From Chitinophaga pinensis (GTDB taxonomy: Bacteria > Bacteroidota > Bacteroidia > SXHM01), in the NCBI GenBank assembly GCA_945889235.1, contig CAMDBK010000004.1, positions 1 to 34,047 of the forward strand: a DNA stretch of 34,047 bases. The letters run 5' to 3'. The translations under genes were made by a program, and so were the position numbers. The notes beneath the pieces are model-generated. The model had not been told where the DNA came from. It worked only from the letters and a program-made list of their open reading frames with translations, and did no database searches. Shown here one piece after another: positions 8,034 through 16,574 of the stretch; position 1 is the stretch's first letter; each line of letters begins with the position of its first letter.

Positions 8034-9152
8034 TTACGAAGTCTTCTTGTAATTTCTGATTGCCCAGATATTAAGAACTAAACCAATGGCGGCAACTTTC
8101 AACAGATGCGGCAGAATATCTGTAAAGCCGCTACCCTTAAGCACTATCATGCGCATAACCTGAATAAAATAAGTAACAGGATTAAACCAGGTGATAACTT
8201 TTGTCCATTGAGGCATGCTGTCAATTGAAGTGAAGAGACCACTGAGCATAATGAAAATCATGATGAAGAAAAACGATAGAAACATGGCCTGCTGCTGAGT
8301 TTCGGAATACGTAGAAACAAGGAAGCCGAGCCCTAAAACAGATACGAGGTAAACAGCCGCAAAAAGATAAATGAGTCCAAGCTCTCCTTCAGGAACAATT
8401 CCGTAAACAACAAACCCTACTGTTAAGCCAATGCTGAGCACCACCATACCTAACACCCAAAACGGAATAAGTTTTCCGAGAATAAAATGATGTTTACGAA
8501 TAGGCGAAACATTCATCTGTTCAATGGTTCCCAATTCTTTTTCTTTTACAATGTTAAGCGCTGAAACATAGCCACCCATCATGGTTACCAGCACAGCAAG
8601 AATTCCGGGCACCATAAATATTTTATAATTCATGTAGGGATTATACCAGTTTGTTATAGCAATATCAATAACAGGAAAATTGCTGAATTTAGGAGGTTGC
8701 AGCCACTGTGTTCTTATGACAGAATTGAATTCGCGAATGATACCCAACACATAAGCCCCACCCAGGTTGGCTTTCACACCATTGATAGCATTGACCGAAA
8801 TAAAAAGTTTTTGTGAATCATCACGAATCAAGTTGCGCTCAAAGTTGGCAGGAATTTCAAGGATGACATCTGCTTTATCTTTTTCTATATACGAAAGACC
8901 TTTCTGGTAAGAGTCGGGAAAATCAACAAGTTTGAAATAACCGGATGCAGTAATTTTTGAAATCAGTTTTTGACTGTAGGTTGAGTGGTCGTGGTCAACA
9001 ATACAGAGCGAAACATTTTTTACTTCGTAATCAGCTGCAAGTGGCAGAATTAACAACTGAACAATTGGAACCATCAGCACCACAGCCAGTATGGATTTAT
9101 TCCTGAAAATCTGGCGGAACTCTTTTTGCAAAAGGAATCGTATGGTTCTCAT
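8034..9152 (-). CDS. ABC-2 type transporter permease (YbhR-like)
   Basis: Motifs KEFRQIFR, WYNP...FMVPG, IVKEKELGTIEQ.NVSP and LSGLFT..SMP. One N-terminal TM, an extracytoplasmic domain, then several C-terminal TMs. Confidence 0.92.
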   Translation of the reverse strand: MRTIRFLLQKEFRQIFRNKSILAVVLMVPIVQLLILPLAADYEVKNVSLCIVDHDHSTYSQKLISKITASGYFKLVDFPDSYQKGLSYIEKDKADVILEIPANFERNLIRDDSQKLFISVNAINGVKANLGGAYVLGIIREFNSVIRTQWLQPPKFSNFPVIDIAITNWYNPYMNYKIFMVPGILAVLVTMMGGYVSALNIVKEKELGTIEQMNVSPIRKHHFILGKLIPFWVLGMVVLSIGLTVGFVVYGIVPEGELGLIYLFAAVYLVSVLGLGFLVSTYSETQQQAMFLSFFFIMIFIMLSGLFTSIDSMPQWTKVITWFNPVTYFIQVMRMIVLKGSGFTDILPHLLKVAAIGLVLNIWAIRNYKKTS

Positions 9153-10255
9153 TCGAGTCGTTTTTTAAAATTTTTAAGACTTACTGCCAACAGAAAAAAT
9201 GTAATGCCAGTGAGAATAAGTGTTTCTTTCCAGATGGCTGAAAAACCAAGTCCTTTCACCATAACTGTTTTAACTATTATATAGAACCAGCGTGCAGGAA
9301 CTATATTTGAAATTATCTGAAGCGGCAGCGGAAAATTTTCAACCGGAAACATAAATCCGCTGAAAATTAACGTTGGCAACATCATACCCATCATGGAAAT
9401 CAGCATGGCTTCCTGCTGCGTTTTCGCCCGTATAGAAATCAGTAATCCAAGTGAGAGTGAAGTGATAATGAATAAAATACTTTCAAGAAAAAGTAACCAC
9501 ACGCTCCCAACAATTGGAAGGTCAAGCACAAAAACACTGAGCAATAAAATAGTTGCAACATTCACCAGTGAAAGCAACAGGTATGGTACTGCTTTTGAAA
9601 GTATAACAAGTATGGGGCGGTAGGGTGAAACAAGCAGCACTTCCATGGTTCCCATTTCTTTTTCGCGCACGATGGAAATGGAAGTCATCATCACGCAAAC
9701 GAGCATGAGAACCAACGCCATCACACCCGGCACAAAATTGTGCGCAGCTTTCAACTGCGGATTATACAGCATACGTATTTCTGTCGTAACACGAAGCGGG
9801 ATTTTAATATTATCCATCATTTGCCGCTGATAATCAGCAATGATGGTACTGAGATAATTGTTAATTGTATTGCCGGTATTCGGGTCCGAAGCATCCGAAA
9901 TAATCTGAATTTGTGCTTTGTTCAGGTGTTGCAAATCATTATCAAAATTTAAAGGAAAAATAATTGCGGCTTTTATTTTTCCTTCTTTGAAGGATTTTTC
10001 AATGTCACTGTAAGACAGTGTTATTTTTTCGGTATCGAAATATTCACTGGCTTCAATCTTGCGGATGATGGCATGAGAACTTTCATCATTTGCATAATCA
10101 CAAATAACAATTCGTGAATTCTTTACTTCGTTGGTAAGAGCAAAACCAAAGACCAGAATCTGCACAACAGGCAAGCCAAAAAGAATAAGCAGCGTTCTGC
10201 GGTCACGCAGAACGTGGGCAAATTCTTTTTTTATAAAAACTATAAACTGCTTCAT
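9149..10255 (-). CDS. ABC-2 type transporter permease (YbhS-like)
   Basis: Motifs KEFAHVLRD, YNPQL...FVPG, IVREKEMGTME and FSGFMFP. ATGA overlaps with both neighbours. Confidence 0.92.
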   Translation of the reverse strand: MKQFIVFIKKEFAHVLRDRRTLLILFGLPVVQILVFGFALTNEVKNSRIVICDYANDESSHAIIRKIEASEYFDTEKITLSYSDIEKSFKEGKIKAAIIFPLNFDNDLQHLNKAQIQIISDASDPNTGNTINNYLSTIIADYQRQMMDNIKIPLRVTTEIRMLYNPQLKAAHNFVPGVMALVLMLVCVMMTSISIVREKEMGTMEVLLVSPYRPILVILSKAVPYLLLSLVNVATILLLSVFVLDLPIVGSVWLLFLESILFIITSLSLGLLISIRAKTQQEAMLISMMGMMLPTLIFSGFMFPVENFPLPLQIISNIVPARWFYIIVKTVMVKGLGFSAIWKETLILTGITFFLLAVSLKNFKKRLE

Positions 10256-10995
10256 ATAACTGCTTTCTTAGCTCCACGTGCGAGCATGTAAAAGACTTCA
10301 TCCATAGATGAAACATTAAACTTTTCTTTCAGTTTTCGCGGTGCATCCAATGCTTCAATGCGTCCGTCAACCATAATGGAAACCCGGTTGCAGTATTCTG
10401 CTTCATCCATATAGTGCGTTGTTACAAAAACAGTCACACCTTTAGCTGATGCTTCATAAATCATTTCCCAGAATTGTCTGCGGGTTACCGGATCTACTCC
10501 TCCGGTGGGTTCATCCAGAAAAATAATTTGCGGGCTGTGAATCAACGCAACAGAAAAAGCAAGCTTCTGTTTCCAGCCCAGTGGTAACGCACCAACCAGC
10601 TTTTTTATTTCGCTGTGCAAACCAAGGCGCTCAATTAATTCCTCACTTTTTTCTTTGATTTGTTTATTAGTAAGCCCGTAAATTCCTGCATAGAATTTTA
10701 TGTTTTCTATCACCGATAAATCTTCATAAAGTGAAAAACGCTGGCTCATATAACCAATGTTTTTTTTGATGTCTTCTGTTTGTTTGTAAACATCAAAACC
10801 AACCACAGAAGCCGCACCGGATGTGGGAATTGAAAGGCCACACAACATACGCATCGCAGTTGTTTTGCCTGCACCGTTTGCACCAAGAAAACCAAATATT
10901 TCGCCTTTTGTTACTTCAAAACTTATTTCATCCACTGCAGTGAAATCACCAAATCGCTTGGTCAGTTTTTCCACTTTTATTACCTGTTCTTCCAT
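10252..10995 (-). CDS. ABC transporter ATP-binding protein (YbhF C-half-like)
   Basis: Walker A GANGAGKT, degenerate signature LPLGWKQ, Walker B IFLDEPT and H-loop TTHYM. Confidence 0.93.
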   Translation of the reverse strand: MEEQVIKVEKLTKRFGDFTAVDEISFEVTKGEIFGFLGANGAGKTTAMRMLCGLSIPTSGAASVVGFDVYKQTEDIKKNIGYMSQRFSLYEDLSVIENIKFYAGIYGLTNKQIKEKSEELIERLGLHSEIKKLVGALPLGWKQKLAFSVALIHSPQIIFLDEPTGGVDPVTRRQFWEMIYEASAKGVTVFVTTHYMDEAEYCNRVSIMVDGRIEALDAPRKLKEKFNVSSMDEVFYMLARGAKKAVI

Positions 10996-10996
10996 C

Positions 10997-11908
10997 CTAT
11001 TGTTGCATTAATGAAATAAAACAATCTTCAATTCCTGGGTTGATTTTTTTCATCTCAACTTCACGCTGGTTGCGGCTTTCAAGATATTGCAATGTTTCGG
11101 TGCGGTTGTTTTCATTCTTTGTTTTAAAAGAAAGATGTAATGAATCGCCAAAGGCGTAACAACTTTCTGTCAGTTCAAATTGGCGAAGGTCACTAAGCAA
11201 TGTATGCATGGAAGGCGAGGCAACGGCCCATAATTCATTTTTATAATCCTTAATAATATTTTCAGGAGATTCAACCGACATTATTTTACCATTTTGCATC
11301 AATGCAATCCGGTCGCAAAGGTTTGCTTCATCCATATAAGGCGTGGAAACAACAATCGTAATCCCTTGCTCTTTCAGTCGTTTCAGCATATTCCAGAATT
11401 CTTTTCTTGAAACCGGATCAACACCTGTTGTTGGTTCGTCAAGAAAAAGCACAACAGGTTTATGAATGAGTGCGCAGCAAAGTGCCAGCTTCTGTTTCAT
11501 CCCACCTGAAAGTTTTCCAGCTCTGCGATCTTTGAAAGGTTCAAGCTGAACATAAATATCTTTAACAAGATGATAATTTTCCTGAATTTTAGTTCCGAAA
11601 AGTGTAGCAAAAAATTCAAGGTTTTCTTCCACAGATAAGTCCTGGTAAAGGGAGAATCTTCCCGGCATATAGCCTATGTTATTTCTGATTTTATGATAGT
11701 CATTAACAACATCCCAACCATTCACTGATGCCGTACCGGAATCAGCCAACAGCAGCGTAGCAAGAATTCTGAAGATACTTGATTTACCCGCGCCATCAGG
11801 CCCTATCAAACCAAATAACTCTCCTTCACTCACAGAAAAACTCACGCTGTCAACTGCAAGTACAGAGCCCTTGTTGTAAGTTTTTCGGATGTTATTTAGT
11901 TCAACCAT
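10997..11908 (-). CDS. ABC transporter ATP-binding protein (YbhF N-half-like)
   Basis: Walker A GPDGAGKS, signature LSGGMKQ and Walker B LFLDEPT. The H-loop is replaced by STPYM. Confidence 0.93.
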   Translation of the reverse strand: MVELNNIRKTYNKGSVLAVDSVSFSVSEGELFGLIGPDGAGKSSIFRILATLLLADSGTASVNGWDVVNDYHKIRNNIGYMPGRFSLYQDLSVEENLEFFATLFGTKIQENYHLVKDIYVQLEPFKDRRAGKLSGGMKQKLALCCALIHKPVVLFLDEPTTGVDPVSRKEFWNMLKRLKEQGITIVVSTPYMDEANLCDRIALMQNGKIMSVESPENIIKDYKNELWAVASPSMHTLLSDLRQFELTESCYAFGDSLHLSFKTKNENNRTETLQYLESRNQREVEMKKINPGIEDCFISLMQQ

Positions 11909-11916
11909 GGCATTGG

Positions 11917-12021
11917 GCTGTTGGCTATTAGCTGTTGGCTGATAGCTTATAAATTAATTGCATTATATATTTTCTTTTCATACTATTTTGCTAATAACTA
12001 AAAGCTATCAGCGAATGGCTA
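11917..12021. repeat. Two facing arrays of degenerate 7-mers (GCTnnTn)
   Basis: Left array GCTGTTG-GCTATTA-GCTGTTG-GCTGATA-GCT (11917-11947). Right array GCTAATA-ACTAAAA-GCTATCA-GCGAATG-GCTA (11990-12021). GCTGATAGCTT (11938-11948) is the exact reverse complement of AAGCTATCAGC (12002-12012). Confidence 0.75.
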
Positions 12022-12912
12022 TAACTTCACTTCACCATACATTCCTAACTTCAAAAAACCATCATTCTTCACTTTAATTTTAATTGCATAAACAAGATTG
12101 GAGCGCTCATCTTTTGTCATAATTGTTTTGGGAGTAAACTCTGCTTTATCACTTATCCATGTGATTTCACCGGCATATTCTTTATAATTTTCTGCTCCAT
12201 CATCCACAAAAACTTTCACCTGTTGGGCAAGTTTAATCTGTGATAGCTGGCTTCCGCTGATGTAAGCGCGAAGAATAATTTCACTGAGGTCGGCAATTTT
12301 ATACAATGGTTTTCCGGGAGCAGCAACTTCATTTGGCTCCACATATTTTGCAAGTACAGTTCCGTTAACAGGATTGACAATTCTACATTTCCCCAATTGG
12401 TCATTCAATTGCTCAATCTGCACATAAAGCGGCTGCGTTTCCTGCGTAATACCGTTCACAGTTATTTTAAGTGTGGATTGAAGCGCTTCTTTTTGTTTGC
12501 TGATCACATTGATTTGTGCTGTAACATCATCCAATTGTTTTTGAGTTCCCGCATTGGCAGCGACAAGAGTTGTCATGCGTTGCTTTTCTTTTTCAACTGA
12601 TAGCAATTGTTCTTCCAACGCACCAAGTTGAGTGGAAACATCCGGGCGTTTGCTGAGAACCGCATTAATGCTTGCCAGCAATTGTTTCTTTTTCAGATAT
12701 AACTGAATTGAATCAATGTAGCCGATTGGTTGACCGGCTTTTAATTCCTGACTTTCGCTAACACTAAATTCTTTAATTGTTCCTGCAGCTTCTGCAGAAA
12801 TAATGGTTTCCTGCGCTTCAAAAGAACCTGAGGCATCGTACTTTTTTTCTGTGTTTTTGCATGATGCAACTATGGCAACTGCAAGGATAGGAATGATGTA
12901 TTTTAGTTTCAT
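12019..12912 (-). CDS. HlyD/YbhG-family membrane fusion protein (probable lipoprotein)
   Basis: Lipobox-like VASC, lipoyl-like SGSFEA...ISAEAAG, a coiled-coil hairpin, 'AEFTPKTI.T..ER..LVY.IK' and LK.GM. Confidence 0.92.
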   Translation of the reverse strand: MKLKYIIPILAVAIVASCKNTEKKYDASGSFEAQETIISAEAAGTIKEFSVSESQELKAGQPIGYIDSIQLYLKKKQLLASINAVLSKRPDVSTQLGALEEQLLSVEKEKQRMTTLVAANAGTQKQLDDVTAQINVISKQKEALQSTLKITVNGITQETQPLYVQIEQLNDQLGKCRIVNPVNGTVLAKYVEPNEVAAPGKPLYKIADLSEIILRAYISGSQLSQIKLAQQVKVFVDDGAENYKEYAGEITWISDKAEFTPKTIMTKDERSNLVYAIKIKVKNDGFLKLGMYGEVKL

Positions 12913-12927
12913 GTTGTGTTGTTTTTA

Positions 12928-14187
12928 TCAGTTTCCGGAAGTGGTTTTATAATTATAGCCTGCCATAAGCAGTTGAATTTCGTGTACTAAAAGATTTTGT
13001 CTTGCCTGGTCTTCAGCATTTACCTCGCGCAGATAATCATTGGAACTAATCACACCATTTTCCAGTTGAACCTTTGAGGTATTCTTGATTTCTGTTCTCA
13101 GTTCAATAAGCTGATTATCCACATGCATCAATTCGCGGAACTTATTTAACTCTGTGTTTTGTTGCGTTAACGCAAGATTGGTATTGAACAAAAAAACTTC
13201 TTTCTGAACATCAATCATTTTGCGGTTTACATCCAGTAATTGGCGTTCATTTTTCATGGTGTAAAATCCTGACAATGCCCAGTTGAAGCGCACTCCGCCA
13301 ATGTAGTATGTATCAAATTTATTGTTCAGCATGTTTAGTGCCGGCCTGCCATAACCTGCCTGTCCGAACAAACCAAGTCTCGGTAAATTTTTTCGCGTGA
13401 TTAATTTTGATTGTGCATCAATGTATTTATTCTGAACCTCAAATAATTTCAGTTCAGTACGATTGATTGTTGCCACAAATGATTCTGAAATTTGTGGCTC
13501 ATCAAGAGTTGTGTTTTCATTCAAGGTCTGATTTATAAAAAGTCCCAACACATCAAGAAATCCTTTTCGAGCTGATTTTAACTCAATTTCTTTCTGTTCT
13601 GCTTTCAGTAATTCGGCTTTTAAAACATCTGCGTTTGTTTTGAGTGCAACGCCATTTTTAATTCCTGCATTTACTTTCTCCATCCCGGTATTAACATCTT
13701 TTCTCAAGAGTTCAACCTGAGTAAGTTGACCGTCAATTAATAAGACTCCAAAAAATAATTGATTAATTCGTTCCCTGAGTTTATATAATTCCACTTCAAT
13801 TTTTTCCTGCTCCACTTCAGCATTTGACTGCATGATTTTCTTTTGTTGACTTATTACTCCGCCATCATAAATCACCTGGCTAACATCTGCATAGAGTTTG
13901 TATTGGTCTTTACTCAGTTTTTCAACATTAGGAACATTAATTGGTAAGCCCGTGACATCGGATTGATAGGTTGCCTGTCCGTTTACTGAAAACTGCGGCA
14001 GATAACCTTTTGATGCATTCTGAACTGTATAATCAGCAGTCTTTGAAATCAACTCCATCTGTTTCACCAGCGGATAATTTTTCTTTGCAAGGTCGTAGCA
14101 CTGTTCAATGTTCAGTTTTGTTTGCGCTTGCAAAACAACTGAAGAGAATAAGAGCAATAGCGACAGGATAAATCTGAATTTGTTCAT
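12928..14187 (-). CDS. TolC-family outer membrane efflux protein
   Basis: Signal peptide, 'A.KNYP', two OEP-like repeats (YLPQFSVNGQ / LPRLGLFGQ) and 'NGV.S..DY'. Context of HlyD and ABC genes. Confidence 0.9.
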   Translation of the reverse strand: MNKFRFILSLLLLFSSVVLQAQTKLNIEQCYDLAKKNYPLVKQMELISKTADYTVQNASKGYLPQFSVNGQATYQSDVTGLPINVPNVEKLSKDQYKLYADVSQVIYDGGVISQQKKIMQSNAEVEQEKIEVELYKLRERINQLFFGVLLIDGQLTQVELLRKDVNTGMEKVNAGIKNGVALKTNADVLKAELLKAEQKEIELKSARKGFLDVLGLFINQTLNENTTLDEPQISESFVATINRTELKLFEVQNKYIDAQSKLITRKNLPRLGLFGQAGYGRPALNMLNNKFDTYYIGGVRFNWALSGFYTMKNERQLLDVNRKMIDVQKEVFLFNTNLALTQQNTELNKFRELMHVDNQLIELRTEIKNTSKVQLENGVISSNDYLREVNAEDQARQNLLVHEIQLLMAGYNYKTTSGN

Positions 14188-14201
14188 TTTTGATTATTTA
14201 A

Positions 14202-14220
14202 TTTAACCATTCAGTTAATG
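14202..14220. promoter_or_regulatory. Putative TetR operator, copy 2 (upstream of tolC)
   Basis: TTTAACCATTCAGTTAATG is 17/19 identical to 14857-14875. Confidence 0.65.
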
Positions 14221-14233
14221 TAATTATATATTA

Positions 14234-14854
14234 TTATTTCTTAATAGAATTAATGATAAACAACGCAACTTCATTTTTCCGTTGTTCCAAAATCATGCGG
14301 TATTGAAGCTCATCAAAACCAAAAACAAATTGTATCATCGGCTTTCCTAAATACGGGAAAACACAGAGTGAAATTGTATTCATAAGAAGTGTAACCGGGC
14401 TGATAGGAATTATCTTTCCTTTTGCTACTTCATCCTGCATTTGCTGAATGAATTTATTCACCTTTAATCCTCCATGAGTTAAAGGAGCTAATTTTTCTAT
14501 AAAACGCTCGGGATGGCTTGATAATTCATTAACTACAAACAAAGGAAGGAAAGGATTTTCACTCAACATTGCCAGATATTCGGCAACAAATTTTTCAATC
14601 TTAACAAACAATTTATCATCTGAATCAATGATGGAGTTAATCTTCGGCATCATCTTCTGAACATTCTCCATAAAAATGAGTTCAAACAGCTGATCTTTGC
14701 TACGGAAATAATAATGCAACAACGCTTTATTAATCTTTGCTTCATTTGCTATGTCTTGCATGCGTGCACCTGCATAACCTTTCTGAACAAAAATCTTTTT
14801 TGCGGCTGCTTTAATCCGTTCCTCTGTTGTAGCGCTTATTTTTTTTAATCTCAT
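14234..14854 (-). CDS. TetR/AcrR-family transcriptional regulator
   Basis: N-terminal HTH EERIKAAAKKIFVQKGYAGARMQDIANEAKINKALLHYYFRSKDQLF. Confidence 0.95.
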   Translation of the reverse strand: MRLKKISATTEERIKAAAKKIFVQKGYAGARMQDIANEAKINKALLHYYFRSKDQLFELIFMENVQKMMPKINSIIDSDDKLFVKIEKFVAEYLAMLSENPFLPLFVVNELSSHPERFIEKLAPLTHGGLKVNKFIQQMQDEVAKGKIIPISPVTLLMNTISLCVFPYLGKPMIQFVFGFDELQYRMILEQRKNEVALFIINSIKK

Positions 14855-14856
14855 GG

Positions 14857-14875
14857 TTTAACCATTTGGTTAATG
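14857..14875. promoter_or_regulatory. Putative TetR operator, copy 1 (immediately upstream of tetR)
   Basis: TTTAACCATTTGGTTAATG contains the perfect palindrome TTAACCA-TT-TGGTTAA, 3 nt upstream of the tetR ATG. Confidence 0.7.
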
Positions 14876-14917
14876 ACTGCAAATGAATAAACTATTTTTC
14901 AATCTGCCAAATAATAT

Positions 14918-15802
14918 TTAAACTATTTTTGAAATAAGGATAACAAATATCCACTGCACCGGCATCATTCCATCCATGAAAACAGAATAGAAAAATTCTT
15001 TTCGCTGGTTATTTATTTTCAGAATCAAAGCAGCTGAAACCAAGGCAGACAGAGCCAATGCAATCAATTCTGATGTGGTGCAAAAGTTATATTGGAAACG
15101 GATAATAGAAACAATCATAAAAACCATAATAAGAAACAATGAAAAATATTTTGATTTCTCAATTCCAAAACGGGATGGAATAGTTGAAATATGCTTATCA
15201 GTATCATAATTCAAATCACGGATATCAAAAGGGATAGTAAGGGCAAAAATGAAAACAGCACGCGATAAAAAAAGTAAAAAATTATTCAGTTGAAAAAGTT
15301 CAGCAAGGCTGTTTTGTTGAACCAAAGGCAAACCAACGGTAAATGTTGCCCAAACCCATGCAACCAAAAATATTTTCACAAAAGGTAATTCACGCAGCCT
15401 GATAGTTTTTAGTCCCGGCAACTTTATGGGAACAGCATAACCCAATGCAAACAGACCGGGAACAAGCAAAAAAATTAAGGTGTCTTTTTTCAGTGCTGTG
15501 AGTTCACCTATTGAAACAATCAACGACAAAACAGAAAAAGCCCAGATAAACTTCTCGTGTTTCACAATCCAGTTATGTCGTTCAGAACGGAAAGCAGATG
15601 CTTTCAAACCCTTCATTCCTTCAATAAGATTCAGGTTATAAACCAATAGCGTTGAGAAAAAGACAAACACCAGCAGATGCAAATCACCGGTGGAAATTTC
15701 TTCACTCAGTTGAGATAAATGAGTGAGTGCAACCGCAGAAAAAGCAATTAAAAAATTTCCGAAAACAAAGTAGTGTATAGCTTTACTTAACCGTCCAGCC
15801 AC
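14918..15802 (-). CDS. UbiA-prenyltransferase-like integral membrane protein
   Basis: 294 aa with about 8 hydrophobic segments and motifs LRELPFVKIFLVAWVW and PFDIRDLNYD...TIP..FG (second Asp-rich UbiA motif). The first Asp-rich motif looks degenerate (VYNLNLIE). Confidence 0.65.
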   Translation of the reverse strand: MAGRLSKAIHYFVFGNFLIAFSAVALTHLSQLSEEISTGDLHLLVFVFFSTLLVYNLNLIEGMKGLKASAFRSERHNWIVKHEKFIWAFSVLSLIVSIGELTALKKDTLIFLLVPGLFALGYAVPIKLPGLKTIRLRELPFVKIFLVAWVWATFTVGLPLVQQNSLAELFQLNNFLLFLSRAVFIFALTIPFDIRDLNYDTDKHISTIPSRFGIEKSKYFSLFLIMVFMIVSIIRFQYNFCTTSELIALALSALVSAALILKINNQRKEFFYSVFMDGMMPVQWIFVILISKIV

Positions 15803-16574
15803 GAAATACAGTTTGATATGCTACTATTCCTACTGCAAGGCCCATCAATCCTCCTTCTGCGGCAGCAATAATTTTTCTCTTTCTTGCTGATTTTTTGTAG
15901 CCTTCAAGATAATTTTCATCGAAAATAAACTCGGGATGGCTGACTAATTTTTCATTTGGTTTTTGCCGGGTTGTACCTAACACAATTATATAAGTAGCAG
16001 GCGCAATAGGTCCGTAAAATGCACCCAGCCCACTGCCAATAAAACTGATCCCCGCTGAAGTTAACAGTACTGCAGTTTTTTTCGCTTTCATTCCATCCTG
16101 CCTGCCGTAAATGTACCTGCGCATTTCATCAACTGTTAAATCCAATTCGGGTTCAACAACGTCCATGACTAAAAAACCAAGCGTGTCGGGGCTGTAAATT
16201 ATTTCTTCTTTACCATCAGGATGAGTAATGCTGAAGACATTATCAACCGCTCTTCTCTCCAATTTAATATACTTTACTTTAGCCTCAGAACGAACTTTAT
16301 TAATCTTTACCTTATTAATTGCAGCTGCTTTCTGAACAGGTGTTCTTTTTACATCTGCTTCCACTTTTTCATTTTCCGTTTTGTAATTGTTTTCAATACG
16401 ATTTAGTTTCTCCTCATTAACTTTTGTTCGCGGTTTTATTCCGTAATATATCCAGTTATTATCCTGATAAAGTATATATCCTTCTTTTATTATACCGTTT
16501 GTAAAAAGCACCTTGTCCTGCGCTGAAACAATAACAGGGAATAAAAAAAGAAGGAGAAAAAATTGCTTCGTCAT
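15783..16574 (-). CDS. Hypothetical exported/membrane protein
   Basis: Signal peptide ending VSA-Q, a Lys/Glu-rich helical segment and Gly-rich hydrophobic C-terminal segments. Overlaps both neighbours. Confidence 0.8.
   Translation of the reverse strand: MTKQFFLLLFLFPVIVSAQDKVLFTNGIIKEGYILYQDNNWIYYGIKPRTKVNEEKLNRIENNYKTENEKVEADVKRTPVQKAAAINKVKINKVRSEAKVKYIKLERRAVDNVFSITHPDGKEEIIYSPDTLGFLVMDVVEPELDLTVDEMRRYIYGRQDGMKAKKTAVLLTSAGISFIGSGLGAFYGPIAPATYIIVLGTTRQKPNEKLVSHPEFIFDENYLEGYKKSARKRKIIAAAEGGLMGLAVGIVAYQTVFRGWTVK

Noticed and set aside
10252-11908. Two adjacent ABC ATPase ORFs as a broken single ybhF-like gene
   Set aside because: Each has a complete nucleotide-binding domain, the second has its own ATG (TAG-G-ATG junction), and there is no slippery run. 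A genuine two-gene arrangement is the simpler reading.
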